Of a stretch of 64,000 nucleotides of DNA, positions 30,566 through 40,118 are shown piece after piece. The notes beneath the pieces were generated by a model that saw only the letters and a list, made by a program, of their open reading frames with translations, searched no databases and was not told the origin of the DNA. Made by a program: the position numbers and the translations under genes. The stretch lies in contig JAGRNP010000002.1 in NCBI GenBank assembly GCA_020440705.1, positions 1,873-65,872 on the forward strand, in the 5' to 3' direction. Numbering within the stretch: the stretch's first letter is position 1; each line of letters opens with the position of its first letter. The DNA comes from a bacterium (GTDB lineage Bacteria > Krumholzibacteriota > Krumholzibacteriia > LZORAL124-64-63).

Positions 30566-31107
30566 TCGTCCTTCTCCGGCTCCCGCAGCCGCCGCATCCG
30601 CTCGACGATCACGTCGGCCTTGCCCGACATGGCGTCCAGGTGACGTTTCTCGAGCACCACGAACACGCCCCGCCCCTCGGCGAAGACCTGGCCGCCGTCG
30701 CGATCGCGCAGCGTGGCCGTCGTGGTGATCTTGCGCCCGTCGGCGGCGGTGATGCGCGCTTCGACCACGCAGGCCGCGTCCAGGGGCAGCATGTGCCGGA
30801 AGCTGATGTCCAGGTTCGCGGCCACCACCGGATGCCCGGACTGCCAGGCGGCGCCGCCCATGGCCTCGTCGAGGATCGCGGCCATGGCGCCGCCGTGCAC
30901 GTGGTCGGGCGGGCCCTGGGCGCCGGCGCCGAAGAGGATCTTCCCCCACAGGCGGTCGTCGTCCGCGCCGCGGTAGTAGCGGATGCGGAAGCGGCGGCCC
31001 GTGCGGTCGCCGGAGACGAAGGTGTCCTCGAGGGCGAGGAAGGGCAGCTCGGCCGGGCGCTGGCCCGGGTCCGGGGCGTCCAGCCAGTCTTCGCGCGCGT
31101 CGGCCAT
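30562..31107 (-). CDS. PaaI/hotdog-fold thioesterase
   Basis: HVHGGAMAAILDEAMG is typical of PaaI-type hotdog thioesterases. GGAGGA SD. Overlaps the MarR gene by 4 nt, convergently. Confidence 0.8.
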   Translation of the reverse strand: MADAREDWLDAPDPGQRPAELPFLALEDTFVSGDRTGRRFRIRYYRGADDDRLWGKILFGAGAQGPPDHVHGGAMAAILDEAMGGAAWQSGHPVVAANLDISFRHMLPLDAACVVEARITAADGRKITTTATLRDRDGGQVFAEGRGVFVVLEKRHLDAMSGKADVIVERMRRLREPEKDD

Positions 31108-31130
31108 GGCGACTCCTCCGGGATGCGGAT

Positions 31131-32183
31131 CTACTTCGACCAGCCCAGTCCGAACACCACGCCCCGGTCGGAGGTGGCCGCGGCCCCGGCGGGCGGCCGG
31201 TTGTCCTTGCTCTCGTAGTACTTGAACTCCGCGAAGAAGTCGCTGAAGACCTCGTGCCGCAGGCTCGTGTCCAGTTCCACGCGCACGCGTTCGTCCACCG
31301 ACAGGCTCGGGTACACCGACGCGCGGAAGCTCAGGTCCGACTTGGGGCTGTCGTAGCGGAAGAAGGTGAAGCTCACCGTGGCGACGCCCTCGGTCGAGTT
31401 GACGGGCGGTTCGTCGCCGGACGGGTACTCGCGGTTGCCCGCCACGCCGCCCTTGAACTTCAGCTCGAAATGCCGGCTCGTGAGCAGGCGGTAGCCCAGG
31501 GAGAGGCTGGTGGCGTTGCGCAGGCGCAGGCCGAGCTGGTCGTTGCGTCCGGCGCCCAGGTCGACCTCGGCGAGCAGCCGCCCCGAAACGTCCTTCGAGC
31601 CGTAGATGGTGACGTCCCACCGGCGGGTCGTGCGGCCGTCGCGCTCGGTGGTCGTGGTGCCGGTGCCGTACACGCCCGAGCCGTACACCCGCCCCTTGTA
31701 GCGCACCTCGCCGCTGAGGTTGGCCTGGCTCGTCTCGCTGGCCTTGGTCCAGTTGAAGCCGGCCGAGAGCGAGACGTTCAGCCGGTCCCACAAGTCCGCG
31801 CGCACCGCCTCCAGGGTGGCCACCTCGACCATGGGCAACTCGACCGGGCCGGCGGCGGTGACCACCACCAGACGGCCGTCGGCGCCGGCCTCGCCGAGGG
31901 GGCCGAAATGGACCCGGCCCGAGTGGCGGCGCACGAGGAACGGCGCCGTGCTCGTCAGGCGGTGCACCTTGTCCCACTTCACGGCGAGGGTGCCCATGTC
32001 GTCGGTCTTCACCTTGAGCATGCCGAGGGACATCTCGCGAATCTCGCAGGTGATCCGGTCGCCGTTGCGGATGACCAGCACGTCGGTCTTGTCGCCGGCC
32101 CGGACGGGCGCGGCCGCCACCAACGCGACCCAGAGGAAGAGCAGCGGCAGCAGCGGGCGGAACATGCCGTGGGGGGAACGCAT
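31131..32183 (-). CDS. outer-membrane beta-barrel protein (DUF481-like)
   Basis: Signal peptide, alternating amphipathic beta-strands, and a C-terminal aromatic residue in ...GLGWSK typical of OM barrels. It lies directly upstream of the thioesterase on the same strand. Confidence 0.55.
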   Translation of the reverse strand: MRSPHGMFRPLLPLLFLWVALVAAAPVRAGDKTDVLVIRNGDRITCEIREMSLGMLKVKTDDMGTLAVKWDKVHRLTSTAPFLVRRHSGRVHFGPLGEAGADGRLVVVTAAGPVELPMVEVATLEAVRADLWDRLNVSLSAGFNWTKASETSQANLSGEVRYKGRVYGSGVYGTGTTTTERDGRTTRRWDVTIYGSKDVSGRLLAEVDLGAGRNDQLGLRLRNATSLSLGYRLLTSRHFELKFKGGVAGNREYPSGDEPPVNSTEGVATVSFTFFRYDSPKSDLSFRASVYPSLSVDERVRVELDTSLRHEVFSDFFAEFKYYESKDNRPPAGAAATSDRGVVFGLGWSK

Positions 32184-32305
32184 CGTCCCGTGAAGATGGA
32201 TTCGCCCGCCGATGGGGTCAAGGCCCTTGGCCGCGGTCCGGCGGAGGCTGTATCATGTTCCGACCGCATCCACCCGGAACAGATCCGACCCGACGAGGAG
32301 ATCCC

Positions 32306-34381
32306 ATGACCCGCCGTTCCCCGCTCTTTGCCTGCCTCGTGCTGGCCCTGGCCGCCGCCGCGCTGCCCCGTCCGGCCGCCGCCGCGCCCCTCACCCAGGA
32401 GCAGCTGCTCGACCTGGAGCAGGTGCGCTCGGTCGCCCTGTCGCCGGACGGCCGTTTCGCCGCCTGCACCGTCAGCCGCAACCGCACCCTCGACGACGAG
32501 GCCGGGGGCGCGTGGGTGGGCCTCGAGGTCGCCGACCTGAAGACCGGCACCGTCCGGCCGTTCGTGTCCGGCCGGACGACGGTGGGGCACGTGCGGTTCT
32601 CGCCCGACGGCCGCCTGGTCTCCTTCACGGCCACCCGCGGCACCGACGCCAAGTCCCAGGTCTGGGTGCTGCCCGTCGACGGCGGCGAGGCGACGGTCGC
32701 CACGGCCAGCCCCACCGGCGTGGCCGACTATGCCTGGGCGCCCGACGGGGCGTCGCTCTGCTACATCGACACCGCCGCTCCCGACGCCCGCGAAAAGAAG
32801 CTGAAGAAGAAGGGCTGGCTGCTCGAGGGCTTCGAGGAGGGCCTCAAGGACCGCGTGCTGCGCCGGGTCGCCTTCGCGCGCGGCGAAGAGCCCGGCGAGG
32901 CCGAGACCCTGGTCGAGGGGCTCGCCGTGTGGAGCGTGCAGATCAGCCCCGACGGCCGCTGGGCCGTGTTCGGCGCGAGCGCGCGCAATCTCGTCGACGA
33001 GCAGTACGTGATGCAGGACCTCTACCGGCTCGACCTGCAGGGCGGCGAGCCCGTGCTGATCGTCGACACGCCGGGCAAGCTGGGCAACTACGCCATCAGC
33101 CCCGACAGCAGGTACCTGGCCTGGACCGGCGCCGCCACCCGGCAGGACCACGCCACGAGCACCCTCTTCCAGTGCGGCCTCGACGGCTCCCACAACGCCA
33201 GCATCACGCCGGCCGACTTCCCCGGCCACATCCGCACCGTGGCCTGGCGCGACGCCGAGACCCTGATCTACAATTCGGACGAGGGCTGCTACCCGAAGCT
33301 CAGCCTCCAGAAGATCGGCAAGCGCGCCGCCGCGCGGACGGTGCTCATCGACGGCGCCGAGTCGGGCGTGATCATCGCGGGCTTCGCCGCGCAGCCGGGC
33401 GTGAAGGACATCGTCTTCGCCGGCAGCACCCCGACCATGCCGGCCGAACTGTTCCGCTGGCCGGCCCGGGGCGGCGCCGAGCGGCTCACCCACCACAACG
33501 CCTTCCTGGCCGACGTCGAACTCGGCAGGCAGGAGGTCGTGACCTGGAACGCGCGGGACGGCCTCGCCATCGAAGGCGTGCTGACCTACCCCGTCGGCTG
33601 GGCGGCGGGCGCGCGCTTCCCGCTCGTGGTGCAGGTGCACGGCGGGCCCGAGTCGAACGAGACCAATGGCTGGTACAGCCGCTACGCGGAGCCGGGACAG
33701 GTGCTGGCCGGCCTGGGCATCGGCACCCTGCTGGTGAACTACCGCGGCAGCACCGGGCGCGGCGTCGAGTTCGCCGGCCTGGCCTACGGCGATCCCGCCG
33801 GGGCCGAGTTCGACGACATCGTCGACGGCGTCGACCACCTGATCGCCGCCGGCCTCGTCGACGGCGACCGGGTCGGCGTCACGGGCGGCAGCTACGGCGG
33901 CTACGCCACGAACTGGCTGAGCACGGTCTCCAGCGACCGCTTCGCCGCCGGCGTCAGCTTCGTCGGCTCGAGCGAGCAGATCAGCAAGCGTTTCCTGACC
34001 AACATCCCCTACGAGGACGAGTGGGTGCACATGGGCGGCCCCGTGCGCGAGCAGTGGGAGCTGATGACCGAGCGCAGTCCGGTCTTCCACGCGCCGCAGA
34101 GCACGACCCCGCTGCTCATCCTCCACGGCGACCGCGACCACCGCGTGCACTTCACCCAGTCGCAGGTCATGTACCGCGCGCTGCAGATGGCGGGGCATCC
34201 GGCCGTGCGCCTGATCTACTACCCGGGCGAGGGGCACGGCAACAGCAAGCGTTTCGGCCGCGCCGACTACCTCGCGCGCACCGTGGCCTGGTTCGACTGG
34301 TACCTGCTGCAGGGCCACCCGCGCGACGGCGCGATGCCGCCGCTGGACCTCAGCGCGGAGATGGGCCTGCTCGACGACTAG
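32306..34381 (+). CDS. S9-family serine peptidase (N-terminal beta-propeller + prolyl-oligopeptidase catalytic domain)
   Basis: Signal peptide. Catalytic GGSYGG (Ser), and D/H (LILHGDRDHRV) in the C-terminal alpha/beta-hydrolase domain. Confidence 0.9.
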   Translation: MTRRSPLFACLVLALAAAALPRPAAAAPLTQEQLLDLEQVRSVALSPDGRFAACTVSRNRTLDDEAGGAWVGLEVADLKTGTVRPFVSGRTTVGHVRFSPDGRLVSFTATRGTDAKSQVWVLPVDGGEATVATASPTGVADYAWAPDGASLCYIDTAAPDAREKKLKKKGWLLEGFEEGLKDRVLRRVAFARGEEPGEAETLVEGLAVWSVQISPDGRWAVFGASARNLVDEQYVMQDLYRLDLQGGEPVLIVDTPGKLGNYAISPDSRYLAWTGAATRQDHATSTLFQCGLDGSHNASITPADFPGHIRTVAWRDAETLIYNSDEGCYPKLSLQKIGKRAAARTVLIDGAESGVIIAGFAAQPGVKDIVFAGSTPTMPAELFRWPARGGAERLTHHNAFLADVELGRQEVVTWNARDGLAIEGVLTYPVGWAAGARFPLVVQVHGGPESNETNGWYSRYAEPGQVLAGLGIGTLLVNYRGSTGRGVEFAGLAYGDPAGAEFDDIVDGVDHLIAAGLVDGDRVGVTGGSYGGYATNWLSTVSSDRFAAGVSFVGSSEQISKRFLTNIPYEDEWVHMGGPVREQWELMTERSPVFHAPQSTTPLLILHGDRDHRVHFTQSQVMYRALQMAGHPAVRLIYYPGEGHGNSKRFGRADYLARTVAWFDWYLLQGHPRDGAMPPLDLSAEMGLLDD

Positions 34382-34404
34382 CCGCCGGCCGGGCGAAACG
34401 CCAC

Positions 34405-34433
34405 CCCGGGGCCCCGCACAGGGGCCCCTTTTC
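34405..34433 (+). terminator. rho-independent terminator after the S9 peptidase
   Basis: Self-complementary GGGGCCCC stems around loop GCACA, then TTTT. Confidence 0.6.
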
Positions 34434-34472
34434 ATGGCCGGCGAACGGCCCGACTGCAGATCGCCCGTAGCG

Positions 34473-34499
34473 TTTCATGCGTCATGATAGCGTATAATA
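34473..34499 (+). promoter_or_regulatory. candidate promoter with perfect TATAAT -10 box
   Basis: TATAAT at 34494-34499 in an AT-rich stretch about 110 nt upstream of the REC gene. The -35 is weak (TTTCAT, 15-nt spacer). Confidence 0.35.
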
Positions 34500-34606
34500 A
34501 CTCAAGTTTTCCACACAGGGGCCGATAACGGGGATGGCACCGTCCGGCCCGGATTTCGCAAGCCCGGGGGGAAATTTGGGGATCGCGGCGAAAGCGAGGT
34601 TGCAAC

Positions 34607-35113
34607 ATGATGCGACTGCCGGAAATCCTGGTGGGCAAGACGTTCCTGTTGGTCGATCCGGATCCGGTCTCGGCCCTCAACATGCGCGGACTGCTGGCCC
34701 AGTACGGCCTGAACGTGACCGTGGTGGGCACCGGCCTGGAGGCCCGCGGGCTGGTGCGGCGCAACTACTTCGATCTCGTGCTGATCGATGCCAGGCTCGG
34801 CCGGGCGGAGTGGACCGACACGGTGAACGCCCTGCGGCGGAACCACGTCGGCGGCATCCTGCCGCTGGTGGCGCTCGTCGACACGGGCTCGTGGATCGCC
34901 GAGGGGACGACGAGTCTGCGGGGCCTCGACGCCGTCATCGACAAACCGGTGCACGTGCCGACGCTCATCACCCGCCTCGCGGGCATTCTCGACTGCGCCC
35001 GCAGCGAGATCTTCCGGCCCTTCGACATGAACCGGGTCCTGGACAACATCTTCGCGGTGGCCAAGGAATCGGCGCAGATCTCCGACCGTGAGACGATTCC
35101 CAGCGGGGATTGA
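34607..35113 (+). CDS. stand-alone response-regulator receiver domain protein
   Basis: (beta-alpha)5 receiver pattern: LLVDPDP, phospho-acceptor LVLIDARL, LVALVDTG, DAVIDKP. No output domain. Confidence 0.65.
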   Translation: MMRLPEILVGKTFLLVDPDPVSALNMRGLLAQYGLNVTVVGTGLEARGLVRRNYFDLVLIDARLGRAEWTDTVNALRRNHVGGILPLVALVDTGSWIAEGTTSLRGLDAVIDKPVHVPTLITRLAGILDCARSEIFRPFDMNRVLDNIFAVAKESAQISDRETIPSGD

Positions 35114-35165
35114 ACGGGGAGAAAGACGGGGGCGGCGCTCCGGCGCCGCCCCGTCGCCGAAGTCC

Positions 35166-35609
35166 TCAGCCGCCCACCCGCAGCGCCGCCACGAACGCCC
35201 TGATCTCGTCCCGCACCCTTCGGTAGCACGCCAGCACCTCGTCCTCGCTCGTGGCCTGCCGCGCCAGGGCCGGCGGGTCGTCGAAGCCGTGGTGCACCAC
35301 GCGCGCGCCGCCGGGGAACACCGGGCAGCTCTCGTGGGCGTGGCCGCACACCGTCACCACCAGGTCGAAGGGGACGTGCAGCAGGTCGTCGACCAGTTCG
35401 GAGCGGTGGCCGCTGATGTCGACGCCCGCCTCGGCCATGACCTGCACCGCGCGCGGGTTCAGGCCGTGGGTCTCGACGCCGGCCGACCAGGCGGCGATGT
35501 CGTCGGATCGCAGGGCCCGGGCCCAGCCTTCGGCCATCTGGCTGCGGCAGCTGTTGCCGGTGCAGAGGAAGAGCACCTTCGCGCGCGGGTCGGCGGGATC
35601 GCTGGTCAT
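35166..35609 (-). CDS. arsC: arsenate reductase (thioredoxin-coupled, LMW-PTP type)
   Basis: LFLCTGNSCRSQMAEGWA P-loop and VCGHAHESCP Cys pair. Collinear with B. subtilis ArsC. Confidence 0.85.
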   Translation of the reverse strand: MTSDPADPRAKVLFLCTGNSCRSQMAEGWARALRSDDIAAWSAGVETHGLNPRAVQVMAEAGVDISGHRSELVDDLLHVPFDLVVTVCGHAHESCPVFPGGARVVHHGFDDPPALARQATSEDEVLACYRRVRDEIRAFVAALRVGG

Positions 35610-36844
35610 GTCGACGCTCCATGAGAGGCGAGGCCGGCGCCGGCGAGCCAGCCGGTCGTCCAGCAGTTCTGGAAGTTGAAGCCGCCGGTGACGCCGTCGA
35701 CGTCGAGGACCTCCCCGGCGAGGAACAGCCCCGGCGCGACCCGGCTGGCCATGTTGCGGAAGTCGACCTCGGGCAGGGCCACGCCGCCGCAGGTGACGAA
35801 CTCCTCCTTGTACGACGTCAGGCCTTCGACGGCGAACGGGCAGGCGGTCGCGCGGACGGCCAGGGCGCGGCGCTCGGCCTTGCCCAGGTCGCCCCAGCGG
35901 CGTTCGGGGTCCAGGCCGGCGGCGTCGGCGAGGGCAGCCCACAGGCGGCGGGGCAGCCCGGCGAGGGGCGTCGAGCGCACGGCCTGGCGCCCGTGGGTGA
36001 GCGCCGTCGCCTGCAGTTCGGCGTCCATGGCGTCCGGCGTGCGGTCGCCGGTCCAGTTCACCTCGACCGTGAGCTCGTAGCCGTGGTCGGCGAAGTGGCG
36101 GGCGCCCCAGGCCGACAGGCGCAGCACCGCGGGGCCGCTCAGCCCCCAGTGGGTGATGAGGATAGGCCCCGTCTCGGTCAGAGCCTTGGCGCCGGGGACG
36201 CGGATGCGTCCGGCCGGCACGCTGACGCCGGCCAGGTCGCCGGGCAGGGGGTCGGCGATGTTCAGCGTGAAGAGCGACGGGACGGGCGGCACGACCGTGT
36301 GCCCGCAGCCGGCGGCCAGGGCGAGCCCGTCGACACCCGCCCCCGCGGCCTGCCCGCCCGTGGCCAGCAGCACCGCGTCGGCCACGAGGGGATCGCCGTC
36401 GGCCAGTTCGACCCGCCACTGCGGGCCGTCGGCGGCCAGGGACGCGACCGCGGCGCGGGTCCGCACCGCGACGCCGGCCTCGCGCGCGGCGCGCTCGAGG
36501 GCCTCGACGATGGTGGCCGACGAATCGGTCACCGGGAACATGCGGCCGTCGTCCTCGGTCTTCAGCTCGACGCCGCGGGCGGCGAACCAGGCGACGGTTT
36601 CGCCCGGACCGAACCCGTGCAGGGGCCCGCGCAGCTCGCGGCCGCCACGCGGGTAGCGGGTCACCAGCTCGCGCGGGTCGAAGCAGGCGTGGGTCACGTT
36701 GCAGCGCCCACCACCGCTGACGGCGACCTTGCGCAGCACGCGGCCGCCGCGCTCGAGCAGCACGAGCGGGCGGTCGGGGGCGATCTCGCGGGCCCGGATC
36801 GCGGCGAAGAAGCCGGCCGGCCCGCCTCCGATGACGACGAGCAT
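35606..36844 (-). CDS. NAD(P)/FAD-dependent oxidoreductase, HI0933/BaiN-like flavoprotein family
   Basis: Dinucleotide fold (VIGGGPAGFFAA), GGGRCNVTH, and a C-terminal GGFNFQNCWTTGWLAG. Overlaps arsC by 4 nt. Confidence 0.8.
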   Translation of the reverse strand: MLVVIGGGPAGFFAAIRAREIAPDRPLVLLERGGRVLRKVAVSGGGRCNVTHACFDPRELVTRYPRGGRELRGPLHGFGPGETVAWFAARGVELKTEDDGRMFPVTDSSATIVEALERAAREAGVAVRTRAAVASLAADGPQWRVELADGDPLVADAVLLATGGQAAGAGVDGLALAAGCGHTVVPPVPSLFTLNIADPLPGDLAGVSVPAGRIRVPGAKALTETGPILITHWGLSGPAVLRLSAWGARHFADHGYELTVEVNWTGDRTPDAMDAELQATALTHGRQAVRSTPLAGLPRRLWAALADAAGLDPERRWGDLGKAERRALAVRATACPFAVEGLTSYKEEFVTCGGVALPEVDFRNMASRVAPGLFLAGEVLDVDGVTGGFNFQNCWTTGWLAGAGLASHGAST

Positions 36845-36954
36845 GGATCCTCCCGGATGCGAAGCGAGGCTTGAGAATATCGCGCCGCCGTGGAAAAATC
36901 CCGGCAATTCGAACCCGGCACGGATGCGACCCGAACCGCGCGGAGGAATGCGCC

Positions 36955-37422
36955 ATGAAACGGACCCTGTGGCTGACCCTGGCCCTCACCCTGGCCCTGG
37001 CCGGCCCCGCCCTGGCCGTCGAGAAGCACGGCGGCCTGGCCCTGAGCTACGCCGCGCCCCAGGGGCTCTTCGACAAGCTCGTCGGCGACGGCTACGGCCT
37101 GTCGGCCATCTTCGACTATCCCATGACGGGCTACGTCGACATCACCGGCTCGCTCGGCTGGTACCGCTTCTCGGGCATCACGCTCATCGAGGGCACCAAC
37201 ATCGAGACCGACTCGACCACCATGTGGGAGTTCGCCGCCGGACCGCAGTTCGATCTCAAGGCCCTGTACGTGGGCGTCGAGGGCGGCTACTGGACCGAGA
37301 TCGACGAGTGGGGCGTCATGGCCAACGCCGGCTTCCGCAAGGACCTGATCGACCTCTCGGTCCGCTACAAGCCCACCGGCGACGGCGAGTTCTACGCGAT
37401 CCGGCTGGGATTCTTCTTCTAG
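36955..37422 (+). CDS. small outer-membrane beta-barrel protein (OmpW/OmpA-barrel-like)
   Basis: GGAGGAA SD. Signal peptide ALAGPALAVE. Alternating-hydrophobic strands. C-terminal LGFFF. Confidence 0.6.
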   Translation: MKRTLWLTLALTLALAGPALAVEKHGGLALSYAAPQGLFDKLVGDGYGLSAIFDYPMTGYVDITGSLGWYRFSGITLIEGTNIETDSTTMWEFAAGPQFDLKALYVGVEGGYWTEIDEWGVMANAGFRKDLIDLSVRYKPTGDGEFYAIRLGFFF

Positions 37423-37440
37423 GCGGGACCGCGGCCGCGG

Positions 37441-38454
37441 CTAGGCGAAGCGGCCGATGCCCAGGTCCGCCATGGCCTCGACCAGGGGCGTGTGCAGGGG
37501 GCCGTTGGCCACCGCCACGCCCCGGTTGCCTTCCAGCCGGTAGCCCCGGGCGAAGTCCAGGTCGCGGCCCAGCACGTCGGTGACCCGGCCGCCGGCCTCG
37601 GTCACGCACAGCACGCCGGCGGCGTGGTCCCAGATCTTCTCGCGATAGACGTCGTCGCGCGGCAGGCGCAGGTAGGCTTCGGCCTCGCCCCGCGCCACCA
37701 CCGCGTACTTGGCCTGGCTGTCCAGGCGCACCGGCTCGGCCGTGATGCCCAGGTGCGCGGCCAGGCGGGCCGACTCGCCGTGGGCCGAATGCCCCGACTC
37801 CACCGACTCGCAGAACCGGATGCCCGCCGTCGCCGACTCGGCGCTCACCTGCACGCGGCGCGGCTCGCCCTCGCCCAGCAGGGGCAGCTCCCAGGTGCCC
37901 TCGCCCCGGACGGCGCACAGCAGGGTGCCGTCGCCGCAGGGGCCGTCCAGGCGCGCGCCGAGGTTGGGGCAACCGAGGGCCGCGAGGGCGATCTCGCCGT
38001 CGAGGATCAGGGCCAGGGCGATGGCGTACTGCCCCCCCCGCAGGAAGCCCTTGGTGCCGTCGATGGGGTCGAGGGTCCAGAAACGGGGGCTCGCCTCCTT
38101 GGCGTCGCCGCGGTCGATCCACGTCAGGACCCGCGCGGCGTCGGCGTCGCCCGTCTGCGTCGCGACCAGCCCGACCACCCGGTCGCGCAGGGCCGCGTGG
38201 GCCGGATCGCGCAGGGCGGCGGCGTCCTCCTCGCCGATGACGGGGTCGTCCGGGAAGGCCTGCCCGAGAATGCGGCAAACCAGGGCCTGGCTGCCGAAAT
38301 CGGCCACGGTGACGGGGCTGCGGTCGGATTTGGCCAGGGCCCCCGGGTCGATGGCGGCCTGCACCTCCCGGCACAGGGCGGCGGCCTGGCGCACGGCGGT
38401 CACGGCGGCGGCGAGTTCGGCGGCGAGGGGCAGGTCGGTGCGGAACGGCGTCAT
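37441..38454 (-). CDS. cysQ: 3'(2'),5'-bisphosphate nucleotidase / inositol monophosphatase family
   Basis: Metal-binding motifs (EEDAAAL, WTLDPIDGTKGF) and the C-terminal WDHAAG motif. Confidence 0.8.
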   Translation of the reverse strand: MTPFRTDLPLAAELAAAVTAVRQAAALCREVQAAIDPGALAKSDRSPVTVADFGSQALVCRILGQAFPDDPVIGEEDAAALRDPAHAALRDRVVGLVATQTGDADAARVLTWIDRGDAKEASPRFWTLDPIDGTKGFLRGGQYAIALALILDGEIALAALGCPNLGARLDGPCGDGTLLCAVRGEGTWELPLLGEGEPRRVQVSAESATAGIRFCESVESGHSAHGESARLAAHLGITAEPVRLDSQAKYAVVARGEAEAYLRLPRDDVYREKIWDHAAGVLCVTEAGGRVTDVLGRDLDFARGYRLEGNRGVAVANGPLHTPLVEAMADLGIGRFA

Positions 38455-38603
38455 GGGATCTCCTGTGGTGTCGCTTGCCTGGATCGGCGGCGGGCGTTAG
38501 TCTAGACAGCCGGGCCGGGACCGGCAAGATCTTGTGGCTTCATCAGCGCATCCGATGCCCGCAGTCGAACGTTTGGGGATTGATTCGTCCGGGAGACAAA
38601 GCC

Positions 38604-40040
38604 ATGAAGCGATCCATCGTCCTGTTCCTCCTCGTCGTCGCTTTCGCCGCGACGGCCTCCGCCGACGACCTCACCGGCCGCACCGGCATCGGGGGCCAGC
38701 TCGGCATCCAGAAGCTGGTCGGCGGCGACCACGACTATTCCAACGTCGACCAGAACATCGGCCTCTGGCTGCGTCGCGGCTTCTCGCCGCGCTGGTCCGG
38801 CGAACTGGGTGTCCACTACGGCTGGACCCGCCCCGGCGCCCTGCAGGGCGAGGACGCGGGCTTCACCTTCGACTCGGTGCACGCCTTCTACACCACCCAG
38901 CTCACGGGCTTCGCGGGGGCGCGCTGGCATCTGGCGCCCGAGAGCCGTTTCGTGCCCTACCTGGGCGGCCGCCTCGGCTTCATGGACTGGCAGGTGCGCG
39001 ACGAGAACGGCGGCGACTTCGGCGTCTTCCCCGGCGGCCCGACGGTCGACGGGGCCGACGAGAACGGCGCCACGGTGCCCCTCGAGGGCACGAGCCTGCT
39101 GGCCTCGCTGACCCTCGGCGCGGAGTACCACCTGTCCCGCACGGTGGCCCTCGAGGTGGGCGCCCGCCACTCGTTCCTCTTCGGCATGGACCGCGACAAC
39201 GTGGGCAGCAGCGCCCTGTGGGGCCCCGCCGAGGCCGACATCAACACCGGCCGCTGGGAGTTCTTCCTGGGCGGCACCCTGTGGTTCGGCGGCTCGCGCG
39301 ACTCGGACAAGGACGGCCTCGAGGACAAGGTGGACAACTGCCCCAACGAGGCCGAGGACTTCGACGGCTTCCGTGACGAGGACGGCTGCCCCGACGTGGA
39401 CAACGACGGCGACGGCCTGTGGGATGCCGACGACAGCTGCCCCGACGACGCCGAAGACCTCGACGGCTTCCAGGACAACGACGGCTGCCCCGACCCCGAC
39501 AACGACATGGACGGCATCATCGACACGAAGGACGGCTGCCCCGACCAGGCCGAGGACATGGACGGCTTCCAGGACGAGGACGGCTGTCCCGATCCGGACA
39601 ACGACATGGACGGCGTGCTCGACGCCGACGACCAGTGCCCCGACACGCCCGCCGGTGTCGAGGTCGATGCGAACGGCTGCCCGGTGGTCGCGGAGATCAA
39701 GGCCGAGATGGTGCTCGAGGGCGTGAGCTTCGCCACCAATTCCGACGAGCTGACGCCCGAGTCGTTCGCCGTCCTCGAGAAGGTGGTCGAGTCGCTGAAG
39801 GCGTACCCGGAGGTCAACATCGAGATCCAGGGTCACACCGACAGCACGGGCTCGGCCGAGTACAACCTGGACATCTCGAGCCGGCGCGCCGTCACCGTGC
39901 GCCTCTTCCTCGTCGGCCGCGGCATCGCGTCGAGCCGCCTGACGGCCGTGGGCTACGGCGAAGGCCAGCCCATCGCCGACAACGGCACCCGCGAGGGCCG
40001 CGCGGCGAACCGGCGGGTGGAACTGGTGCGGACCAACTAG
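38604..40040 (+). CDS. OmpA-family protein with thrombospondin type-3 (Ca-binding) repeats
   Basis: Signal peptide and N-terminal beta-barrel. Five or six D-x-D-x-DG-x-x-D-x-x-D TSP3 repeats (DNCPNEAEDFDGFRDEDGCPD ...). C-terminal OmpA domain (TDSTGSAEYNLDISSRRA ... NRRVEL). Confidence 0.85.
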   Translation: MKRSIVLFLLVVAFAATASADDLTGRTGIGGQLGIQKLVGGDHDYSNVDQNIGLWLRRGFSPRWSGELGVHYGWTRPGALQGEDAGFTFDSVHAFYTTQLTGFAGARWHLAPESRFVPYLGGRLGFMDWQVRDENGGDFGVFPGGPTVDGADENGATVPLEGTSLLASLTLGAEYHLSRTVALEVGARHSFLFGMDRDNVGSSALWGPAEADINTGRWEFFLGGTLWFGGSRDSDKDGLEDKVDNCPNEAEDFDGFRDEDGCPDVDNDGDGLWDADDSCPDDAEDLDGFQDNDGCPDPDNDMDGIIDTKDGCPDQAEDMDGFQDEDGCPDPDNDMDGVLDADDQCPDTPAGVEVDANGCPVVAEIKAEMVLEGVSFATNSDELTPESFAVLEKVVESLKAYPEVNIEIQGHTDSTGSAEYNLDISSRRAVTVRLFLVGRGIASSRLTAVGYGEGQPIADNGTREGRAANRRVELVRTN

Positions 40041-40067
40041 CCGGCCCGGTCGACCGTCGGCGATGCG

Positions 40068-40101
40068 AAGGAGCCCGGGCCGGGATCGGTCCGGGCTCCT
40101 T
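40068..40101. terminator. terminator-like hairpin between convergent genes
   Basis: Perfect 11-bp stem AAGGAGCCCGG/CCGGGCTCCTT with a 12-nt loop. No U-tract. Confidence 0.4.
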
Positions 40102-40118
40102 GGCGTCCGGGCAGGGAA

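Noticed and set aside
39350-39700. Periodic nucleotide repeats (GACGGCTGCCCCGAC ...) that could look like a repeat array
   Set aside because: They encode the thrombospondin type-3 calcium-binding repeats of the OmpA-family protein. The spacing is irregular, they lie in frame in the coding sequence, and there are no unique spacers, so this is not a CRISPR array.
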